Shown here: positions 8,401 to 16,850 of the stretch, piece after piece
Position numbering within the stretch: position 1 is the first letter of the stretch
Layout of the letters: each line of letters begins with the position of its first letter
Virus record (IMG/VR): IMGVR_UViG_3300046171_000138
Origin: a virus
Reading direction: 5' to 3' (one strand)
Length of the DNA: 64,000 nt
The notes under the pieces: generated by a model
What the model was told of the DNA's origin: nothing
What the model saw: only the letters and a program-made list of their open reading frames with translations
Database searches by the model: none
Program-made: the position numbers and the translations under genes

Positions 8401-10428
8401 ATCAGATATCAGTCTGGTAAAGGTATCATGTATACCACTGGTGCTTTGTTCGCACCTTCTTACGACTTGAGAAGTGTGGATGCTGATGGAACTTCAATTG
8501 GTAGTATCATTACTTGTGTTACTGATGACCTTAATCACGGTCTACAGGTTGGTGCAGAAGTTCAGCTAGTTGGTTTGACCACAGCAGGATATAATGATCA
8601 CTACACTGTAGCGTCGGTTATTGATGAAATTACATTTACTGTTCTTGCACAGAATAACCTAGCATCTACATCAGCAGCATTTGGCGATCAGCCAGTTGTT
8701 GCTCTGTATAGATGGCAGGGTGCTACGGTTCGTGCTGGTGCATTTGATGATCAGAATGGTATCTTCTTCCAGTATGACGGATCTAACATTGCTGTCGGAT
8801 TGAGATCTTCTACATTCCAGATTGCTGGTGTAGTAACAGCAACTTCAGACTCTAACGAACTTACTGGAACTAACACCAAGTTTACTGAACAGTTATCTGT
8901 TGGTGACAGAATTGTCGTTCGTGGTATGTCTCACGTTATCACCAAAATTGATAACAACACTAGACTGTATATGAACCCAGACTTTAGAGGAGTTTCTAAT
9001 GCAGTTAACGTCAAAGCAGCACTGACTAAAGAAATTATTATCCCACAAAATCAGTGGAACATTGATAGATGTGATGGAACTGGTAAGTCTGGATATGACA
9101 TCCAAATCAACAGGATGCAGATGATTGGATTCCAATACACCTGGTATGGTGCTGGATTCATTGACTGGATGTTCAGAGGTCCCGCTGGTAACTTCACATT
9201 CTGCCACAGACTGAAGAACAACAACAGAAACAACGAAGCATTCATGCGTTCTGGTAACCTACCAGTTCGTTATGAGGTCATTAACGAAGGTGCTAAAGGT
9301 AGACTAGCAACTCAATTGGCTGATACAGAACTTGATACGATTGCACTTAAAGATGCATCTTTGTTCCCCAACAACGGAACTCTATTAATCAATAATGAAA
9401 TTGTAAGATACACTAATAGAGCAACTAATAATCTAACAGGTCTTACTAGATCTGCAAATTACACTAACTTTGCTGCAGGTTCTCAAAGAACATACAAAGC
9501 AGGTAGTGCTGCACAACACGCAGAAAACACTGGTGTTATTCTACTATCAAACACAGCAACACCACAGATTAATCACTGGGGTTCTGCATTCCTAACTGAT
9601 GGTGGATTCGATGAAGATCGTGGATACCTATTCAACTACCAAGAAAAAGAAGTTGAACTTACAACTACCAAGTCTACAATCTTCTTGATCAGACTATCTC
9701 CTAGTGTTTCTAATGCTATCACTGGTGACCTAGGTGAGAGAGAACTAATCAACCGAGCACAGTTGCTACTCAAGAACATTGAGATTACTGCACAGGGTGG
9801 ATCAAGTTCGCAAGGTATCATTATTGAGGGTGTTCTTAATCCTAAAAACTATCCAACCGATCCAAACGATGTTACCTGGGCAGGTCTGAATACAGGTGGT
9901 TCTGGTGGACAACCATCGTTCGCACAGATTGCATCTGGTGGTGATATCACATTCATCGGTGGTATCTCTCCAGTTTCAGCATCAAACGCTGGCACACAAA
10001 ACTATAATTCCAACTATGTCTTCTTTAATACCTCTGACATCTCTGGTGTGCAGATTGGTTTTGAGGTAACTGGTGGTGACTTGAGAGGAGGAACTACTGT
10101 TGCTAACATCTTTAGAAGAAATAGTAGTACGACCTGGGTTCAGTTCTCTGACAGAACTAGAGCTGGTTCTGCAGGATCTTCTACCTATGTGTTCGCACCT
10201 CTAACTGGTGCAGCAACTCCTGGAGAGCAGGTCTTTGCATTCACTGCAGCACCTGGTTCCAGAGATAACATCGATCTATCAGAACTGAAGGAACTTACTA
10301 ACACTCCTATCGGTGGTAGAGGTACATTCCCCAACGGTCCAGACGTACTAGCGATCAACGCTTATCTAACTTCTGGTAGCGCAGTTAATGCGACGATTAA
10401 CATTCGTTGGTCTGAAGCACAGGCATAA
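5416..10428 (+). CDS. Large virion structural protein (1670 aa) with internal repeats
   Basis: G/S/T-rich with repeated LGG..NDLTI modules. The RMRMATPQSMLDADFEYG segment is typical of cyanomyovirus structural proteins, and the gene lies directly before gp13. Confidence 0.75.
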   Translation: MAKRQIRDYVFSPGIAGAGTLKILDKVDVDQILIISNATKNIFLYNFSDPSLPVSVDFTSTTDGSDPDFPYSNTLSNGVTTITFLYDTSSHFASDKILIFVEAEEQRTRPYDFGTDAIERMRMATPQSMLDADFEYGIQPTKWQSLDLLRGYPSIYEVPGSDIGIESVTTDASSGSGSIGPSKITIDSTLDHGLVVGDPISIKGLDDAVPGFAKAEGSFIIDSVPSATQFTYYAKAKVGTTPATALKSSFTILKQAGFYTGAAIGTSPTFTVVTQGASGNFATRGSATQGATKLGVSAVSVLPPIGAPLGGTGIATGTQVTAVVDTNATLNITDSFTAPVSEITFNDTANIEVGAGLDNGAGETVFVTNINGNVVTLSAPYTVNKTGNSFVSQPIAAAGLNFGNGSGASFDITRTDGAYSTVIVNPQNFYNSVNTGAYSGLGSGATFTVERIGGASPSYQNVFPANAGSGYSATETIVIPGSSLGGDDTTNDLTITIAGVDAFGVITSINFSGTPSNSQTRAGIDFAVGEDLVIYGNALGGTSPTNDLNIHITGVTASGGIDTFNVTGTAVPSSQTYNGVEQSSTTGSGINAGFQIERVGAGQNTAQVDEVIIGGTVEVDDTFKITLNGTTDFTYTALAGDTTTAVRNALIGLVNASSVVYAASGSTSGSLDITALSPGTSFTLSVLTEDAGGNAADTQTMVTNNVTPNFSASTTPAYNVTIGNPGQNYANLDDIVINGDVLGGTAGVNDLTITVQTVDAQGGITGITLAGTPWDGNQTYINYTANPTAFNATFTPRISSGSYSPEITNGGTGYKIGYQFSISGASLGGSPTTNDMTITVSNVDVAGTITEVTASGTPVSGDTIAFFKAVSLSAPTTSTVGNGTTVTYSAIAKINVTFSTNHGLVPGDTILVSITSNSPGHDLASGPFFVDEVPGLDNFTYTARTTGTVTESGIVGSVYPRTDSFYTHRPFDGGVQLGTGSPAHGAQAVRQSKKYIRYQSGKGIMYTTGALFAPSYDLRSVDADGTSIGSIITCVTDDLNHGLQVGAEVQLVGLTTAGYNDHYTVASVIDEITFTVLAQNNLASTSAAFGDQPVVALYRWQGATVRAGAFDDQNGIFFQYDGSNIAVGLRSSTFQIAGVVTATSDSNELTGTNTKFTEQLSVGDRIVVRGMSHVITKIDNNTRLYMNPDFRGVSNAVNVKAALTKEIIIPQNQWNIDRCDGTGKSGYDIQINRMQMIGFQYTWYGAGFIDWMFRGPAGNFTFCHRLKNNNRNNEAFMRSGNLPVRYEVINEGAKGRLATQLADTELDTIALKDASLFPNNGTLLINNEIVRYTNRATNNLTGLTRSANYTNFAAGSQRTYKAGSAAQHAENTGVILLSNTATPQINHWGSAFLTDGGFDEDRGYLFNYQEKEVELTTTKSTIFLIRLSPSVSNAITGDLGERELINRAQLLLKNIEITAQGGSSSQGIIIEGVLNPKNYPTDPNDVTWAGLNTGGSGGQPSFAQIASGGDITFIGGISPVSASNAGTQNYNSNYVFFNTSDISGVQIGFEVTGGDLRGGTTVANIFRRNSSTTWVQFSDRTRAGSAGSSTYVFAPLTGAATPGEQVFAFTAAPGSRDNIDLSELKELTNTPIGGRGTFPNGPDVLAINAYLTSGSAVNATINIRWSEAQA
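6856..7990 (+). repeat. Four diverged ~35-aa repeats G-x2-LGG-x4-ND(L/M)TI-x-V-x5-G-I-x5-GT(P/A)
   Basis: Copies start near 6856, 7021, 7630 and 7885. Confidence 0.8.
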
Positions 10429-10438
10429 GGAGTAACTA

Positions 10439-11269
10439 ATGGCAGAACCCTCAAGTAGACAAGAACTCAAAGATTATTGTTTGAGGCGTCTCGGTCATCC
10501 AGTTCTTGAAATTAACGTAGATGATGATCAACTGGATGACTTGATTGATGATGCTTTCCAATACTATAGAGAGCGTCATTTTGATGGCGTTGAACAAATG
10601 TATCTCAAACATGAGATTACAGCAGACGATGTAACACGTTTTGATAGTGCTGATGAAACGTCATCAACACCAGCTCCTGATGCATCTACCTGGTTGACTA
10701 GAAAGAACTTTATTGAAATTCCAGAACATATAGTTGGCATCTCTAAAGTGATGGGTATCTCATCTAACTTTGCGAGAAACAATCTCTTTGGTATGAATAA
10801 CCAATACTTCCTGATGGACATCTTTTCGTTCTCATCAGGATTTGCTTTTGGTAATTTTGATATGTCAAATTACTATATGCTCAAGCAATATTTTGAGACA
10901 CTTGACATGATTGTCCAGACTGGATCATTGGTTCAGTATAGATTTAATCAAAGATCAGACAGGTTGTATCTTGATATTGATAAAGCAAGAATGATTGAAG
11001 GTAATTATTTGTTGATTGATTGTCAACGTTATCTCAATCCAGATGATTTTAGTCAAGTCTATAACGATAGTTTTGTCAAGCAATATCTAACTGCACTGAT
11101 CAAGAGACAGTGGGGTCAGAACCTAATCAAGTTTAACAACGTACAACTACCTGGTGGTGTATCACTCAATGGTAGACAGTTGTTTGAGGATGCACAAAAA
11201 GAAATTGATGCTCTCATGGCGAAGAGTTCTTCTTACTATGAACTTCCCCCAATGGATATGATCGGATGA
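10439..11269 (+). CDS. gp13: Neck protein gp13
   Basis: LKDYCLRRLGHPVLEINVDDDQ, KRQWGQNLIKF and LPGGVSLNG. Confidence 0.93.
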   Translation: MAEPSSRQELKDYCLRRLGHPVLEINVDDDQLDDLIDDAFQYYRERHFDGVEQMYLKHEITADDVTRFDSADETSSTPAPDASTWLTRKNFIEIPEHIVGISKVMGISSNFARNNLFGMNNQYFLMDIFSFSSGFAFGNFDMSNYYMLKQYFETLDMIVQTGSLVQYRFNQRSDRLYLDIDKARMIEGNYLLIDCQRYLNPDDFSQVYNDSFVKQYLTALIKRQWGQNLIKFNNVQLPGGVSLNGRQLFEDAQKEIDALMAKSSSYYELPPMDMIG

Positions 11270-12144
11270 AAAGTATTTACTTTCCTCAACACGGTGGTGT
11301 CAGTACAGAGCAATCACTTATCCAAAGTTTAGTGGATGAGCAAATTAGATTGTTTGGTAGTGATGTCTACTATCTTCCTCGGAAGATGATTAAAGATGTA
11401 GCACTAGATGATATTTTGTATTCCGAGTTTAATACTCAATACATGATTGAGATGCTATTGATTAATGTTGAGGGATTTGGATCACCATCTGAATTCATTA
11501 GTAAGTTTGGTCTACGTATCACCGATGAGATCACGATGGTGGTATCGCAGAACAGATGGAGTCAGGTATTCCAAGAGTTTGCTGATGTTACAACTGTAGA
11601 TGGCAGACCTAATGAGGGAGACCTTATCTATCTACCACTTACTAAAGATCTATATGAGATCAAGTTTGTAGAAAGAGAAGCACCGTTCTACCAGCTAGGT
11701 AAGAACTATATCTACACGATGACTGCAGAGATCTACGAGCTTGGTAATGATGAGTTCGAGACAGGCATCGAAGAGATTGATGTCATCGAAGAGATCTTTG
11801 CTCCTTCAATTACTCTTGCTATGGATACTGATGCAACAACTCATTATTCATTGGGCGAGATTGTAACTGGTGGAACCACAGGAACTACAGCAGAAGTATC
11901 GTTCTGGGATAGAGATACTCACGAACTCAAACTTATTAATAGGAATGGTAATTTTACACCAGGAGAATCTATCACTGGTGGTACTAGCGGAACAGTACAG
12001 AACAGTGTCACTGTAGATAATCTATCACTAGAAAACGTCCAGTACGCCGACAATAAATACATTGAGACTACAGGTAATGATTTACTTGATTTTACTGAAG
12101 TGAATCCATTCGGAGAGTATGGCAACGTTACTGGTGAATTTTGA
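11266..12144 (+). CDS. gp14: Neck protein gp14
   Basis: EQIRLFGSDVYYLPR, RPNEGDLIYLP, PFYQLGK and synteny. Confidence 0.93.
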   Translation: MKSIYFPQHGGVSTEQSLIQSLVDEQIRLFGSDVYYLPRKMIKDVALDDILYSEFNTQYMIEMLLINVEGFGSPSEFISKFGLRITDEITMVVSQNRWSQVFQEFADVTTVDGRPNEGDLIYLPLTKDLYEIKFVEREAPFYQLGKNYIYTMTAEIYELGNDEFETGIEEIDVIEEIFAPSITLAMDTDATTHYSLGEIVTGGTTGTTAEVSFWDRDTHELKLINRNGNFTPGESITGGTSGTVQNSVTVDNLSLENVQYADNKYIETTGNDLLDFTEVNPFGEYGNVTGEF

Positions 12145-12944
12145 TGTTAGGACCACATTTTTATAACGAAGCGATTAGAAAAACAGTAATCGGTTTCGGT
12201 ACACTATTCAATAATATTGAAATTAGAAAGAAAGATCCTTCTACTGGGGAAATATTAGAAGCAGAAAAAGTCCCGCTTGCTTATGGACCCAAGCAAAAAT
12301 TTCTAACACGTATAGAGCAAAATCCAGACGTTACTAATAAAGTAGCAATTACTGTACCTCGTCTGTATTTTGATATGACTAATATTACATACGACACTAC
12401 TAGAAAAATTGCTCCTACTCAACGTCTCAAGAAGACTATTGATTCTGATGGAGAATCTCTTTCTGTACAATATGTACCAGTGCCTTATAACATAGAGTTT
12501 GAGCTAGGTATCATTGCCAAGTCTCAAGATGATGGTCTGCAAATTCTTGAACAGATATTACCATACTTCCAACCTAACTTCAATATTACATTGAATATGA
12601 TCCCTGAAATGGGAGAAAAGAAAGACGTTGCTATCAACTTAAATGGTATCAACTATGAAGATGAATGGGATGGTGATTTTTTAGATAGAAGAAGTATTGT
12701 ATGGACTCTTAACTTTACTGCCAGATCTTATATCTACGGTCCATTCACCAAAGCAGGTGTTATCAAGAAAGCAATTGTATACGAATCAATTGGAGACAAG
12801 AACGATTCGCCAGACAACAGAAATACAAAACTTTCATACACACCTAAAGCATTGGAAGATAAAAATGCTGATGGTGTAATCAATGCTGCTGACGATGCAC
12901 TTGTTATCAGTACAGATGACTTCGGATTTAATGAGGGGAATTGA
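12144..12944 (+). CDS. gp15: Tail sheath stabilizer / terminator gp15
   Basis: FYNEAIRKTVIGFGTLFNNI, VPLAYGPKQKF, PVPYNI and QILPYFQP. Confidence 0.93.
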   Translation: MLGPHFYNEAIRKTVIGFGTLFNNIEIRKKDPSTGEILEAEKVPLAYGPKQKFLTRIEQNPDVTNKVAITVPRLYFDMTNITYDTTRKIAPTQRLKKTIDSDGESLSVQYVPVPYNIEFELGIIAKSQDDGLQILEQILPYFQPNFNITLNMIPEMGEKKDVAINLNGINYEDEWDGDFLDRRSIVWTLNFTARSYIYGPFTKAGVIKKAIVYESIGDKNDSPDNRNTKLSYTPKALEDKNADGVINAADDALVISTDDFGFNEGN

Positions 12945-12950
12945 ATTGCT

Positions 12951-13385
12951 ATGAAAGAATTTGAAAAGAACATGGAAGATATCTTTGATATCGAAGTCGA
13001 AAAAGAAGATAATGCAATTGAACAATCACAACCATCCAAGCCTGTTCCCAAGAAACAAGAGCAGGATCACCAGGATAAAGATTATGATTATACCAGAGCA
13101 CAACTATACAACCTCATAGACAAGGGTCAGGAGGCGTTCAACGGGGCGTTAGAGGTTGCACAGGAGTCAGGGCACCCTAGAGCGTATGAAGTCGCTGTGA
13201 ACGCCATGAAGCAGGTAGCAGACACCACTGATAAACTGATTGATTTGCAGAAGAAGATGAAGGATCTCGATGCTCCTACGAAAAACTCTGTGAATACAAA
13301 GACCACAAACAACTTATTTGTTGGTAGTACAGCAGATCTACAAAAGATGCTGAAGCAAATAAATAAACAAGAAGATTCGGATTGA
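12951..13385 (+). CDS. gp16: Terminase small subunit gp16
   Basis: DYDYTRAQLYNLI, HPRAYEV and NNLFVGSTADLQKML. Confidence 0.92.
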   Translation: MKEFEKNMEDIFDIEVEKEDNAIEQSQPSKPVPKKQEQDHQDKDYDYTRAQLYNLIDKGQEAFNGALEVAQESGHPRAYEVAVNAMKQVADTTDKLIDLQKKMKDLDAPTKNSVNTKTTNNLFVGSTADLQKMLKQINKQEDSD

Positions 13386-13390
13386 TAAAT

Positions 13391-13789
13391 ATGAAGTCCT
13401 TCAAACAACTACGTATTGACATCACCGAAGCAGCAGAAAAACGTTACTGCCCTGGATGTGAAAAGTGGGAGACTAGAGCAGTCTGCCGATTCGGAGTTGA
13501 ATACTGGGACAAGTACGCCGTCAAAAACTTTGAAGAATCAGTGCTCGAAGGAGCAGCCTGGACCAAAAAGTCAGGAAAGAAAAAGTCAGGAGGACTCAAT
13601 GAAAAAGGACGAAAGTCTTATGAAAAGGAAAATCCAGGATCTGACCTTAAAGCACCGTCAAAGAAGGTTGGAAATCCCAGACGGGCATCCTTCTGCGCTA
13701 GAATGAAAGGCATGAGGAAGAGGCAGAAGAAATCAAACAATACAGGTGATGATCGCCTATCAAAATCATTACGTGCTTGGAATTGCTGA
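13391..13789 (+). CDS. Basic conserved phage protein (possible head-internal protein)
   Basis: GGLNEKGRKSY..RRASFCARMKG..SLRAWNC. ATAAATA immediately upstream. ATG at 13391. Confidence 0.65.
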   Translation: MKSFKQLRIDITEAAEKRYCPGCEKWETRAVCRFGVEYWDKYAVKNFEESVLEGAAWTKKSGKKKSGGLNEKGRKSYEKENPGSDLKAPSKKVGNPRRASFCARMKGMRKRQKKSNNTGDDRLSKSLRAWNC

Positions 13790-13850
13790 CATAACTTGTG
13801 AAAAGAATGTTAAAATACTGAAATACCCCTTATTAGATCTATAATTAGTT

Positions 13851-14018
13851 ATGAGTTTTAAGAATGAAATGCGTCTAAACGACACTGATGTATACCGCCT
13901 AATCAAAGCGTGTCAAGTCTATCAAGACAAGACAGGCTCGGAATACATGTGGGATGAATACCACGAGTTGATTGAAAAACTTAAAACATATCAAGAACAA
14001 CATTCGACAAGCAAATGA
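13851..14018 (+). CDS. Small hypothetical protein (55 aa, not in ORF track)
   Basis: MSFKNEMRLNDTDVYRLIKACQ..., read manually. Stop overlaps the petE ATG (ATGA). Confidence 0.65.
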   Translation: MSFKNEMRLNDTDVYRLIKACQVYQDKTGSEYMWDEYHELIEKLKTYQEQHSTSK

Positions 14019-14338
14019 AAATTTTATGTGCGTTTCTAATTACGCTATTTTTTGCTGCTCCAGTATGGGCAGTTGATGTCTCAATGGGTGCTGGTGGTAA
14101 CCTAGTATTTGAACCTAATGAGATTACAATCTCTGCAGGGGACACAGTTCACTTTATTAACGAAGCACTACCCCCTCACAATATTATTGTAGAAGGTCGT
14201 GCAGATCTCTCTAGAGAAGCACTATTGTTTGCTCCTGGAGAATCACAAGACGTTGTATTTGCTGACGCAGGAGATTATAATTTCTTCTGTGGTCCTCATC
14301 AGGGTGCAGGTATGACTGGCGTAGTTCATGTGGAATAA
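14015..14338 (+). CDS. petE: Plastocyanin
   Basis: Signal peptide, LVFEP, PHN and C-GPH-GAGM copper ligands. Confidence 0.95.
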   Translation: MKILCAFLITLFFAAPVWAVDVSMGAGGNLVFEPNEITISAGDTVHFINEALPPHNIIVEGRADLSREALLFAPGESQDVVFADAGDYNFFCGPHQGAGMTGVVHVE

Positions 14339-14522
14339 AGATTACATAACCAAAAAACAAGCACAGGAGATGATTGACGATGCAATACGAAAACATAATC
14401 GTAATGCTGGAATTATCTCTATGTGTGTTGGTTGGGTTGTCCTTGCACTTTTTGCTGAAGGTCTCCTTCGACTTGTTGGAGTAATACCACCACTATTACC
14501 TTGGTTAAAAATTAGTTTATAG
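14328..14522 (+). CDS. Small membrane protein
   Basis: Hydrophobic C-terminal helix, overlaps the end of petE. Confidence 0.6.
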   Translation: MWNKDYITKKQAQEMIDDAIRKHNRNAGIISMCVGWVVLALFAEGLLRLVGVIPPLLPWLKISL

Positions 14523-14529
14523 GAAAATT

Positions 14530-15564
14530 ATGAAAGTTGGAATGATTGGTTTGGGTCGTATGGGCGAGGGTATGTCTCGCCGTATGATCAAAGAAGGAAT
14601 TGAAGTCTGGGGTTATAGAAATAACTACGAGAAGGCTTGTGAACAATATGAAGCAGGTTATATTAGTGGATGTGCCACTTCACTAGAGTACCTTGTTCAA
14701 TCAGTTAAAACTGATTCTGTTGCTGGTGAAGTTCCTGGTATCTTTCAACTTGTCATCCCCGCAGAACTAGTAGAGGAAACTATTAATGAGCTATTACCAC
14801 TACTTGGCGACGGAGATATTATTATTGATCATGGCAATAGCAATTTTAAGGACAGTCGGAGGAGGGCGGAACGTCTTTCAAAACTGGGTATCCAGTATAT
14901 TGATTGCGGTACTTCTGGTGGAGTTTATGGTTTGGACCGTGGATTCTGTCTTATGGTTGGTGGTTCAGATACTGCAATATCCATCTGCTCTCCTATCTTC
15001 AGGGCACTTGCACCTGGTATTGCCGCAGCAACCCGTACAGACCCATATAGTCATGCAACCAGTGCTGAATATGGTTGGCTACATTGTGGACCATCAGGCG
15101 CAGGTCACTTTGTAAAAATGGTTCACAACGGAGTCGAATATGGAATCATGCAAGCGTATGCAGAAGGGTTTAATATTCTCCATTCTAGTAACCTTGGTTC
15201 CCAATATGTTAAGGAAGGGGATGCTGAAGTTGCTCCAATGTCAGATCCAGAAAATTACCAATACGACATTGATTGTGCTGAAGTGGCTGAGCTATGGCGT
15301 AGGGGTAGTGTGGTTGGCAGTTGGTTACTTGATCTTACTGCTGATGTATTTCGGAGCGATTCAGAACTTAAACAATTCTCTGGCGGAGTTTCCGATAGCG
15401 GTGAGGGTCGTTGGACTGTTAATGCCGCTGTCGATTTGGGTGTCCCCGCTCCTGTTATTACTGCAGCGTTGTATGAACGTTTTAACTCTCGTTCATTGGG
15501 CGCATTCGGAAGCAAGGTATTGAATGGTATGCGGTTTATGTTTGGCGGACACAACGTAAGATGA
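14530..15564 (+). CDS. gnd: 6-phosphogluconate dehydrogenase (short form)
   Basis: IGLGRMG, IDHGNS, DCGTSGG, GHFVKMVHNGVEYG and DSGEGRWTV. Confidence 0.95.
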   Translation: MKVGMIGLGRMGEGMSRRMIKEGIEVWGYRNNYEKACEQYEAGYISGCATSLEYLVQSVKTDSVAGEVPGIFQLVIPAELVEETINELLPLLGDGDIIIDHGNSNFKDSRRRAERLSKLGIQYIDCGTSGGVYGLDRGFCLMVGGSDTAISICSPIFRALAPGIAAATRTDPYSHATSAEYGWLHCGPSGAGHFVKMVHNGVEYGIMQAYAEGFNILHSSNLGSQYVKEGDAEVAPMSDPENYQYDIDCAEVAELWRRGSVVGSWLLDLTADVFRSDSELKQFSGGVSDSGEGRWTVNAAVDLGVPAPVITAALYERFNSRSLGAFGSKVLNGMRFMFGGHNVR

Positions 15565-15692
15565 CTTTAGCACATGTCCTACTTTTCGGATCACTACCCT
15601 TTATATGTGCCACCGCATATTTCGGGCACAGAAAGGGTGAGAATAACTATTATGAAACCGACGCCTACACAGGAAATGGAACAGCGCATTAG
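15561..15692 (+). CDS. Membrane microprotein (43 aa)
   Basis: MTLAHVLLFGSLPFICATAYFGHRKGENNYYETDAYTGNGTAH, with ATGA overlap on the gnd stop. Confidence 0.65.
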   Translation: MTLAHVLLFGSLPFICATAYFGHRKGENNYYETDAYTGNGTAH

Positions 15693-15894
15693 GATGAGGT
15701 TTGCATTTGCAATGTCCTCCTTCGGTAGAATGTTTGGTCCAGGTCGCATCACCTTGGAGATGAGAGATATCTGTAGGTGTTGGTCTGAAGACATAGATAC
15801 TAATACACCCCCTCGATCTAACTTGTACGAAGTCGATCGATACTTCCTGGAGTTATGGAAAAACCGATATGAATCTGAACCTGAATCTAATTGA
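15676..15894 (+). CDS. Hypothetical protein
   Basis: MEQRIRMRFAFAMSSFGRMF. Start uncertain (15652 or 15676). Confidence 0.55.
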   Translation: MEQRIRMRFAFAMSSFGRMFGPGRITLEMRDICRCWSEDIDTNTPPRSNLYEVDRYFLELWKNRYESEPESN

Positions 15895-16033
15895 AAAATT
15901 AAGACATGAGATCTATATGTTGAAACTCGAAAATAACATGCTCAAGTTGACACTAGAAGAAGTAAATAGTAATTGGGTACATCCCAAATCTTGCCTTCAC
16001 AACGAAGATCCATGGAAAAAGTTCAAAACGTAA
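15869..16033 (+). CDS. Hypothetical microprotein (54 aa)
   Basis: MNLNLNLIEKLRHEIYMLKLENN..., read manually. Fills the gap in the ORF track. Confidence 0.5.
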   Translation: MNLNLNLIEKLRHEIYMLKLENNMLKLTLEEVNSNWVHPKSCLHNEDPWKKFKT

Positions 16034-16110
16034 AGATTTCAAGTTTATTCATTTTTAGTTTCGTTATTTCATTTGTTGCTTGGGGGTTGGACAATGCTTA
16101 TCCTCATTAG
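16012..16110 (+). CDS. Membrane microprotein (32 aa)
   Basis: MEKVQNVKISSLFIFSFVISFVAWGLDNAYPH. Confidence 0.5.
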   Translation: MEKVQNVKISSLFIFSFVISFVAWGLDNAYPH

Positions 16111-16117
16111 ATATACG

Positions 16118-16243
16118 ATGGAACATCAGTGGAGCCTAGGTCTCCTATCAATGATTTTAATAGTAGTTCCTATTATAGGAATGGATCTTGTCCATAAATA
16201 TGGATGGGAACATTGGGAACCATTCGCGAGGAATCATAAATGA
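16118..16243 (+). CDS. Membrane microprotein (41 aa)
   Basis: MEHQWSLGLLSMILIVVPIIGMDLVHKYGWEHWEPFARNHK. Stop overlaps the next ATG. Confidence 0.6.
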   Translation: MEHQWSLGLLSMILIVVPIIGMDLVHKYGWEHWEPFARNHK

Positions 16244-16449
16244 ATCCAGTAATTTTAATCAGTTGCTTCACACCACTGGTTATTATTTTTATAGTAATGA
16301 AACTTGCTGTATGGGTATCTGCAGTTAATACAGAAAACTCTTATGTCGGAAAAGAACCTTTACGAAAGAGAGGACCCTTCGTGGCAGATGCATATGCAGA
16401 CGTTGATGAAGAGGAAGAGGAGTATGGAGATCGCACAGACTATCGATGA
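16240..16449 (+). CDS. Small membrane protein
   Basis: N-terminal TM helix, acidic tail, ATGA overlap. Confidence 0.65.
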   Translation: MNPVILISCFTPLVIIFIVMKLAVWVSAVNTENSYVGKEPLRKRGPFVADAYADVDEEEEEYGDRTDYR

Positions 16450-16573
16450 TGCTCTCCATCAACACTATGTTGTAGAGCAAGGAAAACCTGTACCAAATTG
16501 GAGGTATGTAAAAGATGCTGATTGGTGGATAGAGTATTTAAAAAATTTAGGAATCGATCCGAGAAACCCATGA
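16424..16573 (+). CDS. Hypothetical microprotein (49 aa)
   Basis: MEIAQTIDDALHQHY...DWWIEYLKNLGIDPRNP. Confidence 0.6.
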   Translation: MEIAQTIDDALHQHYVVEQGKPVPNWRYVKDADWWIEYLKNLGIDPRNP

Positions 16574-16647
16574 GTGCTTTATTTGTATTTTCCTTTGTGT
16601 TGTTACTAACCATAGGAATGGAACTTACTTGGCCTGTTAAAAAATGA
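16570..16647 (+). CDS. Membrane microprotein (25 aa)
   Basis: MSALFVFSFVLLLTIGMELTWPVKK, with ATGA overlaps at both ends. Confidence 0.55.
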   Translation: MSALFVFSFVLLLTIGMELTWPVKK

Positions 16648-16850
16648 ATCTATTGTTAAGACCACACGAAAATTTTAACGATCCTGTATGGTCAGTGATC
16701 TTTATGGTATTCCTTTCTGTTTGTGGAGCTCTTTATGTCATTTACTATATACTAGGAGTTGATAAAAGAGAATCCCATGGGATCCATGACACCACCGAGC
16801 AGGAAGAGTTGCTACAACTTCCGAGTGACGGAGATCAACCGTGTCCTTGA
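16644..16850 (+). CDS. Small membrane protein
   Basis: MNLLLRPHENFNDPVWSVIF with one TM helix and an ATGA overlap. Confidence 0.6.
   Translation: MNLLLRPHENFNDPVWSVIFMVFLSVCGALYVIYYILGVDKRESHGIHDTTEQEELLQLPSDGDQPCP

Noticed and set aside
5505-9821. Many 60-105 aa alternative-frame ORFs inside the 1670-aa gene
   Set aside because: These are expected shadows of a biased-codon gene and none has a recognisable motif or start context.
15561-15900. zwf expected after gnd
   Set aside because: Only short ORFs are present, with no G6PDH motifs.
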